64,000 nucleotides of DNA from Prasinococcaceae sp. CCMP 1430 (Eukaryota > Plantae > Prasinodermophyta). Location: positions 179,087 to 243,086 of the forward strand of contig RQSC01000757.1 in the NCBI GenBank assembly GCA_013416795.1, written 5' to 3'. Shown one piece after another: positions 35,375 through 46,027 of the stretch (position 1 is the stretch's first letter; every line of letters starts with the position of its first letter). The translations under genes and the position numbers were made by a program. The notes under the pieces were generated by a model, which was not told where the DNA came from, did no database searches, and saw only the letters and a program-made list of their open reading frames with translations.

Positions 35375-35665
35375 ATCACCTACTTGCCCACCCGTCCGCC
35401 TCGCCCACCCACCCACCCACCCTCGCGGGCGGGGCACCGCCCTTCCCTCGCCACGCCCAGCGGCGCCCTGCCGCACAGGTGTGGTGACGCGGCGGAGCGG
35501 TCGCCGAAAGCGCCGCCCGCTGCACGAGGCGAAGCAGAAAGAAATGTGCGTGCCACAGCGGGCGCTGCCGCCGCTGCGGCGGCAGCGCAGTGCGGGTCTG
35601 GGAGGGCCGGGTCGCGTGGGCGCGCGCCTGCGGTGAAGGCACGTCAGGGGGCTCAGCGGCCCGCC

Positions 35666-37030
35666 ATGGACGCGGCATGGAAGCCGCCGCCGCCGCCGCC
35701 GCAGCCAGCGCGACCGCCGCCAGCGACAGCGCTCGTGCCCGCACAGGTGCAGCAGCGGTGGCCACAACCGCCAGCAGCGGTGAGCAGCAGCGCACAGCCC
35801 TCTGCCGCCGCCGCACGGCCGCCGGCCGCCGCCTTCACGCTCGGCGAGGCGCCGACGATGGCGGCAGTTGCCGCGGCCGCCCAAGCGCTCTTTGGGGGAA
35901 CGGCCGCGCCTTCGGGGCCCGCAGCGGCAGCTCTCGCGGGAGCGCTCGAGCGCTCGCTCGAAGCGCACAGGGCGAGCGCGGCTGCTGGCGAGGCTGTGCT
36001 CGGGGCTGCGAAGCGCCTGGCAGAGGCAGTGGACGCGTCGTCGCACGTCAATCCAGACTTCGCCACGGCAACCTTCCTCGCCGCGTCAGTGGTCCTCCGC
36101 GCTGCCATCGACGCGGGCGGATTCAGCGCGGCATCTGCGCTACGCGCGCTCGCCATGCTCGACCACGCGCGAATGGACACATCCATCCACCGCAGCGCCG
36201 TGGAGGCAGCGCTGCGCGGCTGCGTTGCCGATCCCTCGCAGGCGGTGGTGGCAGCACAGGACGCCGGCGCGCGGGCGAGGACAGGCGCCGGCGCTGGCGG
36301 GCCCGCAGCAGTCGCGGCGCTCCGGTTCTACCTTGGTGCCACACCTGCGCTTCTGGACGTGCTGCCGGCGGAGGCCGTCGCATCGGACGTGCGCGATATG
36401 ATCGTCGGTGGCATGCGCTGTGCGTCTGATTTGCGGACGCGCCGCGCCGCACAGATGTGCGCCGCCGCCGCGCTCGGCCCTCGGCGTGTGCTCCCGACGT
36501 CGCCTGCCGCCGCCGCAGCCGAGACGCACGCGGGGAGGGTGCTGCTGGAGGCGTACTTCGCCACGTGCCAAAGCCTCCCTGTTGGCATGGTCGATGCCGA
36601 GCTGCACGCGGCGACTGTGGCGGCCGCTGCCGCCGCAACCCCCGCGTCTCACAGTGCAGCACTCCTCGGCGTCCTGTCCACGGCATCGGTGGCGGCTGCA
36701 GCGAGCTCACAGCCTCGAACCTGCCCGCACTTCCGCGCGCTGCTCGCCGCCATGTTGCACGCAGACGTTGACCTCATCCCAGCTCTCTGCGATGCGTGTG
36801 CGCGTGCTGTGAAGGGTATGCGAGCACAGGGTGCTCGGCGCGAGGCGTGCGATGTGCTCGTGTCGGCGTTGCGCGGCAGCGACGACTGCGTGCGCCAGGT
36901 GCCGCTCGCGACCTTCGTACAGAGGCTCACGGCGGAGTGCGCACGAGAAGCCCGCGAAGCCAGGGAAAGAGGAGAGGGCAGGCGAGTAGCTCGGGGCTGG
37001 CAGCTGCCCTGGCCATTTGACTGGAGGTGA
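35666..37030 (+). CDS. hypothetical helical-repeat-like protein with Pro-rich N-terminus; 3' end uncertain
   Basis: 454-codon ORF from ATG 35666. The stop overlaps a possible donor (AG|GTGACC at 37028), so a further exon is possible. Confidence 0.55.
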   Translation: MDAAWKPPPPPPQPARPPPATALVPAQVQQRWPQPPAAVSSSAQPSAAAARPPAAAFTLGEAPTMAAVAAAAQALFGGTAAPSGPAAAALAGALERSLEAHRASAAAGEAVLGAAKRLAEAVDASSHVNPDFATATFLAASVVLRAAIDAGGFSAASALRALAMLDHARMDTSIHRSAVEAALRGCVADPSQAVVAAQDAGARARTGAGAGGPAAVAALRFYLGATPALLDVLPAEAVASDVRDMIVGGMRCASDLRTRRAAQMCAAAALGPRRVLPTSPAAAAAETHAGRVLLEAYFATCQSLPVGMVDAELHAATVAAAAAATPASHSAALLGVLSTASVAAAASSQPRTCPHFRALLAAMLHADVDLIPALCDACARAVKGMRAQGARREACDVLVSALRGSDDCVRQVPLATFVQRLTAECAREAREARERGEGRRVARGWQLPWPFDWR

Positions 37031-37294
37031 CCGGCGGTATCATGCGTGCTCGCGCGCGCAGCGCAAGCGCCCTTGTACACTACGTAGATTATTCCTTCCC
37101 ACCTCGTGCCAGAATGGTATCAGCACTGATCACGGAGCACACACGACTCGGCGCGTTCCATGCCACAAGGCCGCGCACGGTCGCGTCAGCACGCGCTCAG
37201 GTCGAGGGCCTGCGCGGGCGCTCCCCGATTGAGCGTGGTGGCGTACAAAACAACAAAATTACTACAAGTACAACATGGCCGACGCAGTGGAGGC

Positions 37295-38558
37295 TTACTC
37301 ACCCCCAAGCCGCTGCTGCCTCATCTGAAAGAGCTCCGCTAGAGCGATGGCGACGGTGGTGGGCATTGACAGCGATTCTTGCAACCGGCCCATAGGCACC
37401 GTCACGATGGCATCGCACTTCGTGAACTCCTCCTGGAAGAGGCCTGCGTCCTCGCGTCCGAACACGAGACCGAGCCTTGGGGGGGGGAGCATCGCCCCTG
37501 GCTCATCAGACGTCGACGCCGGCGCCCGCGGCGCTTCTGCGAGCGCTGGCCAGTGCTCGGAATGCAGCTCGGCGAGGCTCCCGACGATCGGCATCGTCGC
37601 TGCGTCACCATCAGAGGTCCAGCGCGTGTAGGCCGCAGTTGCGTCCAGATCGGAGACGGCTTCCTCGAAGCTACTATAGATCTTCGCGCCGAGCAGCACG
37701 TCAAGGGCGCCTGCGGCGCCACGACGCGCCCCGCGCTGGGTGTGATCGCAGCGCGGCTTCACCAGCCGCAGCTCGTGGCCTTCGAAGGAATTCAGCAGGC
37801 GCGCGACGGCACCGACGTTGGAGGGGATCTGTGCGGGAGGGGCGCGCCCGCGAGGCAGTGGGCGTCGTCAGCGAGCGCAGCAATGGTGCGAGCAGGGATG
37901 AGCTGCGCGCCCTTGCGTGGGCGTAGCCTTCAGTAGGATCCATTGGTTTTGTACCTCATGGGCGCGGTGTATGTGCCACCGCACCCTCGGAGATTGTTCA
38001 CCGATATCAAATTCATCAACAGACGACCGTCCCAGCGGCGCACGGCGGCGTGGCGCCGCTCGCTGGGCGCGAGCGAGCGCACCGCCTCAGCTCTCAAGCC
38101 GAGGCGGAGCCGCGGCAGAGAGAGCTTGCGCCACACACCTTTGGGCTCACGAGAACCACGGTTGCATCGCCGAGCAAGAGTGGCGAGTCGAGCGCCGCGT
38201 AGGGGTCCCTGCCGAGGCCCTCCTGCTTCCTCCCCTGCGAGGCCCCGTCCTCGTCGGTGCTGGACTCATCCGCTCCCACGTCCTCGGCGCCCCGCGCCAT
38301 CCCATTCTTCCCATAGAAGGCTGCGCGCTCTTCGGTGTACTCGATGCGCAGGCCCTCGCGGAAGCGCTCGCGACGCGCCTCCTTCCATGCTGCCTTCAGT
38401 GCCGAAGGGTTGCGCTCGCGCCCGGCAAGCGGCGCCAGGCCGCCGTGCGCCGCCGCCGCAGCGCGGCGCGGCCCTCTCCCACTAGGGTTGCGGCCGCCGC
38501 GCGAGCGCGAGCCGGCGCCGGCGGCCGCCACCACGCGCGCGGCCATCGCCATCGCCAT
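37295..38558 (-). CDS. SPOUT (TrmH/TrmJ-like) RNA 2'-O-methyltransferase, organelle-targeted; exons 38139..38558 and 37295..37828
   Basis: VVLVSPK|IPSNVGAVARLLNSF, LGLVFGREDAGL, CDAIVTVPM...SLSM match SpoU motifs; phase-0 GT-AG intron 37829..38138. Confidence 0.85.
37926..38025 (-). ncRNA. intronic dual-guide C/D box snoRNA (targets equivalent to yeast 18S Am541 and 25S Um2921)
   Basis: Box C TGATGA 38014..38019; guide GGTGAACAATC then D' CCGA 37988..37991; hairpin GGGTGCGGTG/CACCGCGCCC; C'-like ATGAGGT; guide CCAATGGATCCT then D CTGA 37930..37933; terminal stem GTCT/AGGC. The guides are antisense to conserved LSU GAUUGUUCACC and SSU AGGAUCCAUUGG. Confidence 0.92.
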
Positions 38559-38713
38559 CGTCGGCTGGCCCTCACGCCCGCACCATCTGCTCTCCCGCAC
38601 GAGACCGCCTCCCCCCCGAAGCAAACGCCGGGAGGCCGCGCACCGCGCGCCCTCTGGCACGTCACCTCCGCCTCTCTCGCCCGCACACACGACGCACACG
38701 CNCCCCCGGCGAG

Positions 38714-39941
38714 ATGGGCGCGGGAGAAGACCGCGCCGGCGCGGGTGCGGCGGCGGGGGCCGCGGCGCGCGAGTGCCTGCGCGCGGTGACCCGTACCGCG
38801 GCTGCGTACCGCATGCGGGGGGTCTCGAAATTGGCGTTCGCTACTGGCGTCCTTCACCTTGTCGTGACTACATTCGTGCTCGCCGCCGCGCCCGAGGTGA
38901 GCGCAAGCGCGCACGCACGCGGCGGCTGCACATGCAAGAGCCGCGTGAGAGAATGCCCGATCTGACCCAGTGCACGCTGCTGCTGTTCTGAAGTGGTTCT
39001 GGGTCTGGCAGTCGTGCAAGACCGTCGTGTTGCTTGTAGTGACACTAAAAATCAAGCGCAAGCGCTCCCAAGCTCTGTACCTGTATGACTTCTGCTGGAT
39101 CGCCACGTGGATGAAGGATGCTCTGGCTCTTCTGATGCTGCTCACACACGCGCGCTTGCTGGGCCCCGGGCGCGTGCACAGCTACGTGCTGGCGCTGGCA
39201 AACTCGGCGTGGCTCTTCAGAGGCCTTTTCGCACTCGCAGTCGGCCCTCTCGGTTGGTCGGTGGTGACTGTTGGCAACGCATTGATGTTCCACAGCTTGG
39301 AGATGCACGCTGCCCTCCTCATCCATCTCTCGCCACCGATGACTGCCTGGGCGTTGCGCTGGCATTCGGCTGCGCACACCGCGACCTTCCCCGGGCTCTT
39401 CCTGGGCCTCCCGCAGTCCGAGGCTGAGGCCGCCAGTGTCACCCTGCGCGAATTTTATGCACCGGCGGTCATCATGTATATGTGCTGGTGGGCTGTGTAC
39501 ACGCCTTGGCTCCTGCTCTACGGCCGGCATCAGTCGATCTCTCTCTCGGGGCACGACACGGTGTACAGCAACACGATGGTGAGCAACCCAGCCATCGCCA
39601 AGGCACTGTGCGGCTACGACGACAGCAAGCCCACTGCAGTGCGGCCGGCCTTTGTGTACATGTTAATTCACATGATGGCCTCCCTTTTTGTGCTCCTCCC
39701 TCCGAGCTACCTCATGTGGCGATCATTCGTGGCCCACACGGCTTTCGGTGTTGCCCTGCTCATCGCGGCCGCATGGAACGGAGCCAGCCGATATGAGTAC
39801 ATGCTCGTGAAGAAGAACGTAAAGGTCCTGAAGGCGGTCGTGGAGCGCTATGAGGAGGCCGCTGCCGCCGAAGGAGGCGGGGTTGAGGCGCTTTCGCCGC
39901 CAGCGGCGCGCCCGCGCGCCGTGCACGCAAAGAGGGGCTAA
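38714..39941 (+). CDS. glycerophosphocholine acyltransferase (GPCAT/Gpc1, DUF2838-like); intron 38897..38993
   Basis: KLAFATGV, LYLYDFCW, GPLGWSVVTVGNALMFHSLE...LIHLSP, W.NGASRY motifs; multi-TM; splice gives APE|WFWVW. Confidence 0.8.
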
Positions 39942-40036
39942 GTGAGAGAATAAACCCGATACCCCGTCTCTCACCCTTATCAAAACCCAAACTCACGCAC
40001 GAATCACGCCCCCCTCGGCTCGGCTCGTTCGATTTG

Positions 40037-41605
40037 ATGGCACGGATTTGCCTTCGTGGCGCGGATTCGGCGAGGTGCATTGTGAGTGTTGGGATCGGGA
40101 CCACGAGGTGTGGATTTGAACTCCGCGGGCGTTTTTCCCGCGCGCGCTCGCGAGTTGCGGGTGATGTGAGCGTCACGCGGCAGAGGATTTCGCGCTGGCG
40201 GAGCGGAAAGTCGAGGCGGGGAGCTTTGCGTGGACGACCGACGCCATCGCGCGCGCGCGAGCGCCGCCACGCCACGCCGCGCGCGCTGGCCCACGCCACG
40301 CCTTCCCCCCACCCTTCCACCCCCCTTTCCCGCCCGGGCTGCATCGCATCGCGGTACGGGCTGCGCGCGAGCGTGGGCTCGCGCCCGCCCGCCCGCTCGG
40401 CGTACGTCGGGGGAGGGTGGTGCGCGCCCGCGCGATGGCAACGGCGAGCACGGGGGCGAGAGCTGAGCGGCGCGCGGCCGCGGGCGCGCGCGAGGCGGGT
40501 GGTGGCGGCGGCGAGCTCCTCGATCGACGACGACCCGCCACCGCCCGACCACTACGCTGTGCTCGGCGTGAGGAAGGGCGCGTCGGCATCGGCGCGACGC
40601 GCGGCGTACCGCACGCTCGCACGGACCGAGCACCCAGACGTGAGCGACAAGCCAGACGCGCAGGAGCGCTTCGCCGCCATCGCCGAGGCGTATCGGGTGC
40701 TCGGGGACGAGGCGGCGCTGGAGGAGTGGGAGAAAGACGTGCGCCGCCACGCGCAGCGTTCGGCCGCAAGAAACGCGCCCGTTGACGTGGGTGCGCCACC
40801 CGATGCTGCCGCACTGGACGTGTACGCGTCGGTGTCGCTCACCACCACGGAGGCCAGGGATGGCTGCACCAAGCACATTAAGATGCGGGCCTCACGGAGC
40901 TGCAAAATGTGTTCCGGAAAGGGCTACAGGCCGGGTAGTGCGATGAAGAAGCAGACGTGCGGTGCGTGCAAGGGGAGCGGCAAGGTCCTGGACACGGAGA
41001 GCGGCGACCTCTTCGCGCGGCTGCGGAGCGGCTTCCAGGCGGAATGCGGCAACTGCAACGGACTCGGGTACGTCATGGTCGCCCAGGAAGCGTGCAAGAC
41101 GTGCTCGGGCACGGGATTTTCGAAACAGGCTGTCACACAGAAGCTGCAGTGCCCACCCGGACTCCAGCGGGGCTCGCGGATGAGGGTGCCGGGCCTGGGT
41201 GACTACGCCGGGTCACAGCGGGGTGACCTGTACGTGACTGTTGCTGAAATCACGCCCGACCCGGGCGACCTGAGGCAGCGCTTCTCGCGGGCGACGAAGG
41301 ATGCGAGGGAGGCAGTCAATGCGTCGGGCGAGCGTTTCTCAGCGGCAGCGAAGGAAGCGAAGGATACGGTCGATGCGTCAGGCCAGCGTTTCTCGACTGC
41401 AGCGAAGGATGCGGCCGACTCCGAGGTGGCGTCCATGGCGAGCGAAGGCGTCAAGACCGTCGCAGGGGTCGCTTTCGTCGGCCTTGGCAAGATAGCCATC
41501 TCGGCGCTCGACGCCATCAACGAGGAGCAGAAGGCTGCAAAAGAGCGCAGGGCGCGCAAGCGGGCAGCATCTGAAAGTGACTCTGCATCAGACTCCGCAG
41601 AGTGA
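40037..41605 (+). CDS. DnaJ/Hsp40 with J-domain and four CxxCxGxG zinc motifs, plastid-type; start codon uncertain
   Basis: DHYAVLGV...HPDV...AQERFAAIAEAYRVL; CKMCSGKG, CGACKGSG, CGNCNGLG, CKTCSGTG; G..GDLYVTV. The only in-frame ATG upstream is 40037. Confidence 0.85.
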   Translation: MARICLRGADSARCIVSVGIGTTRCGFELRGRFSRARSRVAGDVSVTRQRISRWRSGKSRRGALRGRPTPSRARERRHATPRALAHATPSPHPSTPLSRPGCIASRYGLRASVGSRPPARSAYVGGGWCAPARWQRRARGRELSGARPRARARRVVAAASSSIDDDPPPPDHYAVLGVRKGASASARRAAYRTLARTEHPDVSDKPDAQERFAAIAEAYRVLGDEAALEEWEKDVRRHAQRSAARNAPVDVGAPPDAAALDVYASVSLTTTEARDGCTKHIKMRASRSCKMCSGKGYRPGSAMKKQTCGACKGSGKVLDTESGDLFARLRSGFQAECGNCNGLGYVMVAQEACKTCSGTGFSKQAVTQKLQCPPGLQRGSRMRVPGLGDYAGSQRGDLYVTVAEITPDPGDLRQRFSRATKDAREAVNASGERFSAAAKEAKDTVDASGQRFSTAAKDAADSEVASMASEGVKTVAGVAFVGLGKIAISALDAINEEQKAAKERRARKRAASESDSASDSAE

Positions 41606-41725
41606 TTGAAATGCCATCTCACCATCCTGTCATGGAGCACAATTTTATGGCGTCTCATCCGTGTGATCCCTCCAGCTCGCTCGCTCCAGCTGCTGCGCTG
41701 CTAGGCCGCCTCGCCGCGTTGCCAC

Positions 41726-43771
41726 TCAGGAGGCTCGGCTCACTGGCGCCATGCCAAAGCTGTACCGCTGGATGGTCTCCTCCGCCACCGCATCCATCCT
41801 CGCACCGACCGACCACGTCTGCTGCTCGGGCGAGTACTTGGTCATGGGGCACAGGCTGCTCGGATCGGTGGCCGCCATGCCACCGACCGTGTACACCACG
41901 CCGCGCAGGCGCGCGCTGGCGCCGTACGAGCGGCTCGAGCCCATGTCCGGCAGCTCGGTCCAGCTCGAGGGCATGCGCAGGTCGAGGCACTCGACCTTGC
42001 TAATGGGCTGGGTGCCGTCAAATCCGCCCGCGACAATGATCGCATCCTCGCCCGTGACGCCGGCGCTGCCGGGAAGGAGCGAAGATGCGCAGGTGTGCCC
42101 TCCGCGCTTGAACAGCAGCGGCGGGCCGGGCTGCCACTTGCCGACGCGGGGATCCAAGAACTCGCATGTGTTGAGGTAGCGCTTGCCGTCGAAGCCGGCC
42201 AAGGCCCACACACATCCGCGCGAGGCGACCATGCTGCTAGCGAAGCGTGTCTCACTCATGTTGCTGGCCCACACCCACTCAGCCGCCCCCGGTTGCAGGA
42301 CCTCACAGGACGACAGCAGCTGAGTTTTTTTGGAGCCGCCACCGGCGGCCACGATGGTGCCATCGTCGAGAGCGGCTGCAACGCCGGAAAATCGAGTGTC
42401 AAGCAATGATGGCGCCTCCACCCACACGTTGTTGATCATATCATAGCGCTCGACCGAGTTGTACCACCTCATTTTCTTGCCGCCGCCGATCGCGTAGACG
42501 CCCAGCCCGTTGCGCGCGTTCACAAGTCCAAAATTCGAGCGCTCGAACGCCATCGGGGCGACCTCCTCGGCGAATCCAGTCGATGGGTCAACAATAGCAA
42601 CCTTGTTGGTTGTCCCGTGCTTGGTAAGGCCGCCGGCGATCATGAGCCGAGCATCCAGCTCCATAGCGTCGACCATCGGCTGCAGGGTTTGCGCCGGCGC
42701 AGGCCCTGCCGCTGGCACCGCTGGCGTCGGTGTCGGCGTGGCTGTTACGGCACGAGCGCCGCCGGCAAGCTGCGCCTTGAGCGCGTCGATCTCAGCTCGC
42801 ATCTCGACATGTTGCCTGTTGAGCTTCGCAATGGCCTCGCTTCCCGCATCGCTGCGCAGGCGGCCCATCTCCTGCTCGGCCTCGCGCTTGAACGCGCGGA
42901 GCGACTCGATCTCCTTGCGCGCTGCGGCAACTGCCGCTGCGCACATCTCCAGCTGGGCCTGCACAGCATCATCGCCCGTGCCCAGGACGACAGCCGGAGC
43001 TTGGTCGCCGCCACCGGCAGGTGCGCCCTCCCGAATTTTCTGGTGGGCGACCGGTGCAGGCTGCTCTGACGGCGGTGGCGGCCGGCCTGCCAGCGCACGG
43101 CGCTGTTGATCGTCCTCTGCGGTGCGTCTGCTCTCCTCCAGCGCCTGCTCAAGAAGCTCCCGCTCGCGCTCCTCGAGCTCAGCTTGTTGCCGCTGCCGCT
43201 CCGTCTCTATGGCAGCAGCGCCTGCCGTCCGCGCATTTGGTCTCCCCTGCAGCTGTTGCTGCTGCTGCGGCTGTGTGTCGTGTTGCTGTTGCCGTGATGG
43301 GCGCACGGCGCTGCCATTCGGATGTGGTGCGGACGTGCCCATCTTCTCGTCGAACTTGGAGTGGATGGCGTCGACTTGCTTCTTCGAGAGAACCGATGGG
43401 AGCCGCGCCCCCTCCATGCTGTCTTCAATAATGTACTTGAATTCGGCCTCCTTGAGAGGGACGCACTTCTCCACGATGGCAACGCGCACCTGCGCAGGGA
43501 AGCGCGTCTTATGCCCACCCGTCGCACTCGTCCACGCCGCCGGGTCGATCTCGTAGGCGCCATCGCTAGCGGCCACAAACTTCCCGATGAGCTGGCGAGT
43601 TCGCATGTTCCAAAGGAGCAATGGCATGCCCTTCCGGATGTGCTGGACGTGCTCCCAGTGCGATCCCGGCGCGCCGAAGAGCTTGTGGTTGATGCACTCT
43701 GCCTGCGTCTCCTTGTTGCAGTGGAATATCACGCCGCCGATGCCGAGGCGGTCGCGGAAGTTGGGCGCCAT
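41726..43771 (-). CDS. DCD (development and cell death) domain plus Kelch-repeat protein
   Basis: GGVIFHCNKETQAEC...LFG...PLLLWN...IDPAAW...RFPAQVRV (DCD), coiled coil, then Kelch repeats (YAIGGG, ALAGFDG, VAGGFDG, YTVGG). Confidence 0.88.
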   Translation of the reverse strand: MAPNFRDRLGIGGVIFHCNKETQAECINHKLFGAPGSHWEHVQHIRKGMPLLLWNMRTRQLIGKFVAASDGAYEIDPAAWTSATGGHKTRFPAQVRVAIVEKCVPLKEAEFKYIIEDSMEGARLPSVLSKKQVDAIHSKFDEKMGTSAPHPNGSAVRPSRQQQHDTQPQQQQQLQGRPNARTAGAAAIETERQRQQAELEERERELLEQALEESRRTAEDDQQRRALAGRPPPPSEQPAPVAHQKIREGAPAGGGDQAPAVVLGTGDDAVQAQLEMCAAAVAAARKEIESLRAFKREAEQEMGRLRSDAGSEAIAKLNRQHVEMRAEIDALKAQLAGGARAVTATPTPTPAVPAAGPAPAQTLQPMVDAMELDARLMIAGGLTKHGTTNKVAIVDPSTGFAEEVAPMAFERSNFGLVNARNGLGVYAIGGGKKMRWYNSVERYDMINNVWVEAPSLLDTRFSGVAAALDDGTIVAAGGGSKKTQLLSSCEVLQPGAAEWVWASNMSETRFASSMVASRGCVWALAGFDGKRYLNTCEFLDPRVGKWQPGPPLLFKRGGHTCASSLLPGSAGVTGEDAIIVAGGFDGTQPISKVECLDLRMPSSWTELPDMGSSRSYGASARLRGVVYTVGGMAATDPSSLCPMTKYSPEQQTWSVGARMDAVAEETIQRYSFGMAPVSRAS

Positions 43772-44181
43772 CGCTGCAAGCCCGGCCGTTTTCTGCACGG
43801 CGTTGCTGGTGCGAAGGGACACGGGGGGCCAGGCGGTGCCGGGGGACGCGTGCGCCCGCGGGCGCGCCCTGCACAAACGCCGGCGCTCCCCGCTCGCCGC
43901 CCTCGATCCCGATCGGAGATGCCCAGCCCCCTGGCCCCGGCGCACCCGCCCCCATTCTGCGCGCGCGCAGTGGCGCACGCGCGGTGCAGCGCCGAGGAAT
44001 GCGCGACGTGCGTGTCACTAATCTGCTTCATCGAGCTGTCACATCGCGAGCCGGATCGCTGCATCGTCGCTCGTGACCGGTCGCCCCACATTGGCCGCCC
44101 GCGGCGCAGCGCCATGCGGCGGCGCCGCCCGCTGGACGTGCCCCCCTCCCCTCCCGCCGCGTCCTGCCTTGGCCGCTCGCG

Positions 44182-45653
44182 ATGCTGCGCATAGAATGGT
44201 TGGCGCTCGCCGCGCTCATGGCCGCAAGCAGCGGCAGCGGCGGCGGCAACAGCGCGCCGCCGCTGCGGCAGGCGAGCGCGTTCCTGTCGTGGCCAGCCTC
44301 GGCGGCGCCCCCAGTGCGTGCAGGTGGGGAGAAGGACGCGGTGGGGGTGGGTACGCTGAGGAAGCATCGGAAGTTCGGGCATATCGTCACGACGGACGCC
44401 AACGTGCGTGCACGCGTCCCTGCGCTGCCGCGGGACAGTGCCCGAACGTGGGCGTACGACGCGCACATGCTGTTGTTGTGCCACTGCTTGGTAGCGTCTG
44501 ACGCTGCCCTTTGCGGCCCTGCGCTCCTCTGCAGCGTCATATTCCTGGCGGCCCTGACCACCACAAGTCCAGCCCTGAGCACCATGGCTCGTTTGACCCT
44601 GTAGGGGAGGCCGGCGCAGAGCATGCGGCGAGGTTTCACGCGCAGCAGAAGCAGCAGCAGCAGCAGGGCGGGGACAGTGTCGGTGGGGGCGGGGATCATT
44701 TCAACGGCGACCTTTACCCATACTTCGACGACGACGGGGCCTGGTCATACGGTGATCAATACGACGAAGGCTACAACGGTGGCTTTAACTCCACGGAGCG
44801 TCTGCTCGAAGTTTTCCCCCTGGCTGACGCAGATGACGATGGCAAGCTGACCAAGTCGGAGTTGGTCGAGTGGACGGTGTCGCAGCACCTCAATGTCAGC
44901 GCGCGCCGCCTAGAACGCGAGCTCCATTGGCAGGACCAGAACGAGGATGGATTGCTGGCGATGAAGGAGTATCTGACGCACACGCTGTACGGCGTGCACG
45001 AGGGCCTCGTTCCTGACAGGCCTGAACAGTACGATCCGACCGCTCTCCGTGTGGCGCTTGGCGAGGCAGCGGAAGGGTACCACTGGCTGGAGAGCATGCA
45101 GCGCCGCTTCAGAGTGGCCGATGCGGACCAAGATGGGCTGCTCTCGCTGGCCGAATTCGCAGACTTTCATCACCCGCAGGACACAACGCGCGAGGAGGTG
45201 CTCGACGCGCTCAAGCTCGAAGAAGTGGAGAGGCACGACACGGATGGCGATGGCTTCGTCGATTGGGACGAGTACAGGCAAATGTACGAGACTGAAATCA
45301 TGTGGGAGCGCCTGCCCTGGGACAGACGGGACGACTCGCAAGCCGATGAGGACGCAAAGGTGCTGTGGCATGCGGTCGACACCGACGGCGATGATAGGAT
45401 TGACGCGCGGGAGATGGGGGCGCTGCTCAGATACGTCGTGCCCAGCGATCGCGACTACGCTGTACGCACGGTGGAAGCGATAATGCAGGACGCCGACGAG
45501 GATGGCGACGGAGCCCTCACCATCGAAGAGATGCTCGCGAATCCGGCCAGTCTGTACTCGTTTCCACACTCCGCCGCGCGCTCCGATCCGTCCTACGCGG
45601 ACTACTTGCACGATTCCTGGGGTCACTACATGCACGGCTACGAGTTCAGGTGA
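44182..45653 (+). CDS. secreted/ER multi-EF-hand protein, CREC (calumenin/reticulocalbin-like); probable intron 44404..44534
   Basis: Signal peptide MLRIEWLALAALMAA; six EF-hand loops (DADDDGKLTKSE, DQNEDGLLAMKE, DADQDGLLSLAE, DTDGDGFVDWDE, DTDGDDRIDARE, DEDGDGALTIEE). Confidence 0.8.
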
Positions 45654-46027
45654 TTCCCTACCGGCCAGAGCTCCAGCCATGCGATGCCCACGCTGCTCCG
45701 CCCTTGGGCGCTCGTGGCCCCGCCCCATTGATTTGAGGGGCTCTCAGAGCTTGTGGCATGCATTTCACCAATTTGGTTCCAGCACTGCATCGTCGACTAG
45801 CTAGTGTAAGCAGCTCTCCATCCCTGCGCGCACGCACCCACGCGCGCACGCTAGCGCGCAGCGTGAGATGCGCCATCGACACCGCGCTCGAGAGTGCGCG
45901 GCGCACGCTGCCGTCGCCTGTTCGTGTGTCGCCAATACGGCCGCATCCGTCCTTACTCCTCACTGTATTCAAAAATTGGGTGCGCGCTAGCCCGTGCATC
46001 GCGCGCAGTGCGTGCTGCGCCGCTCTT

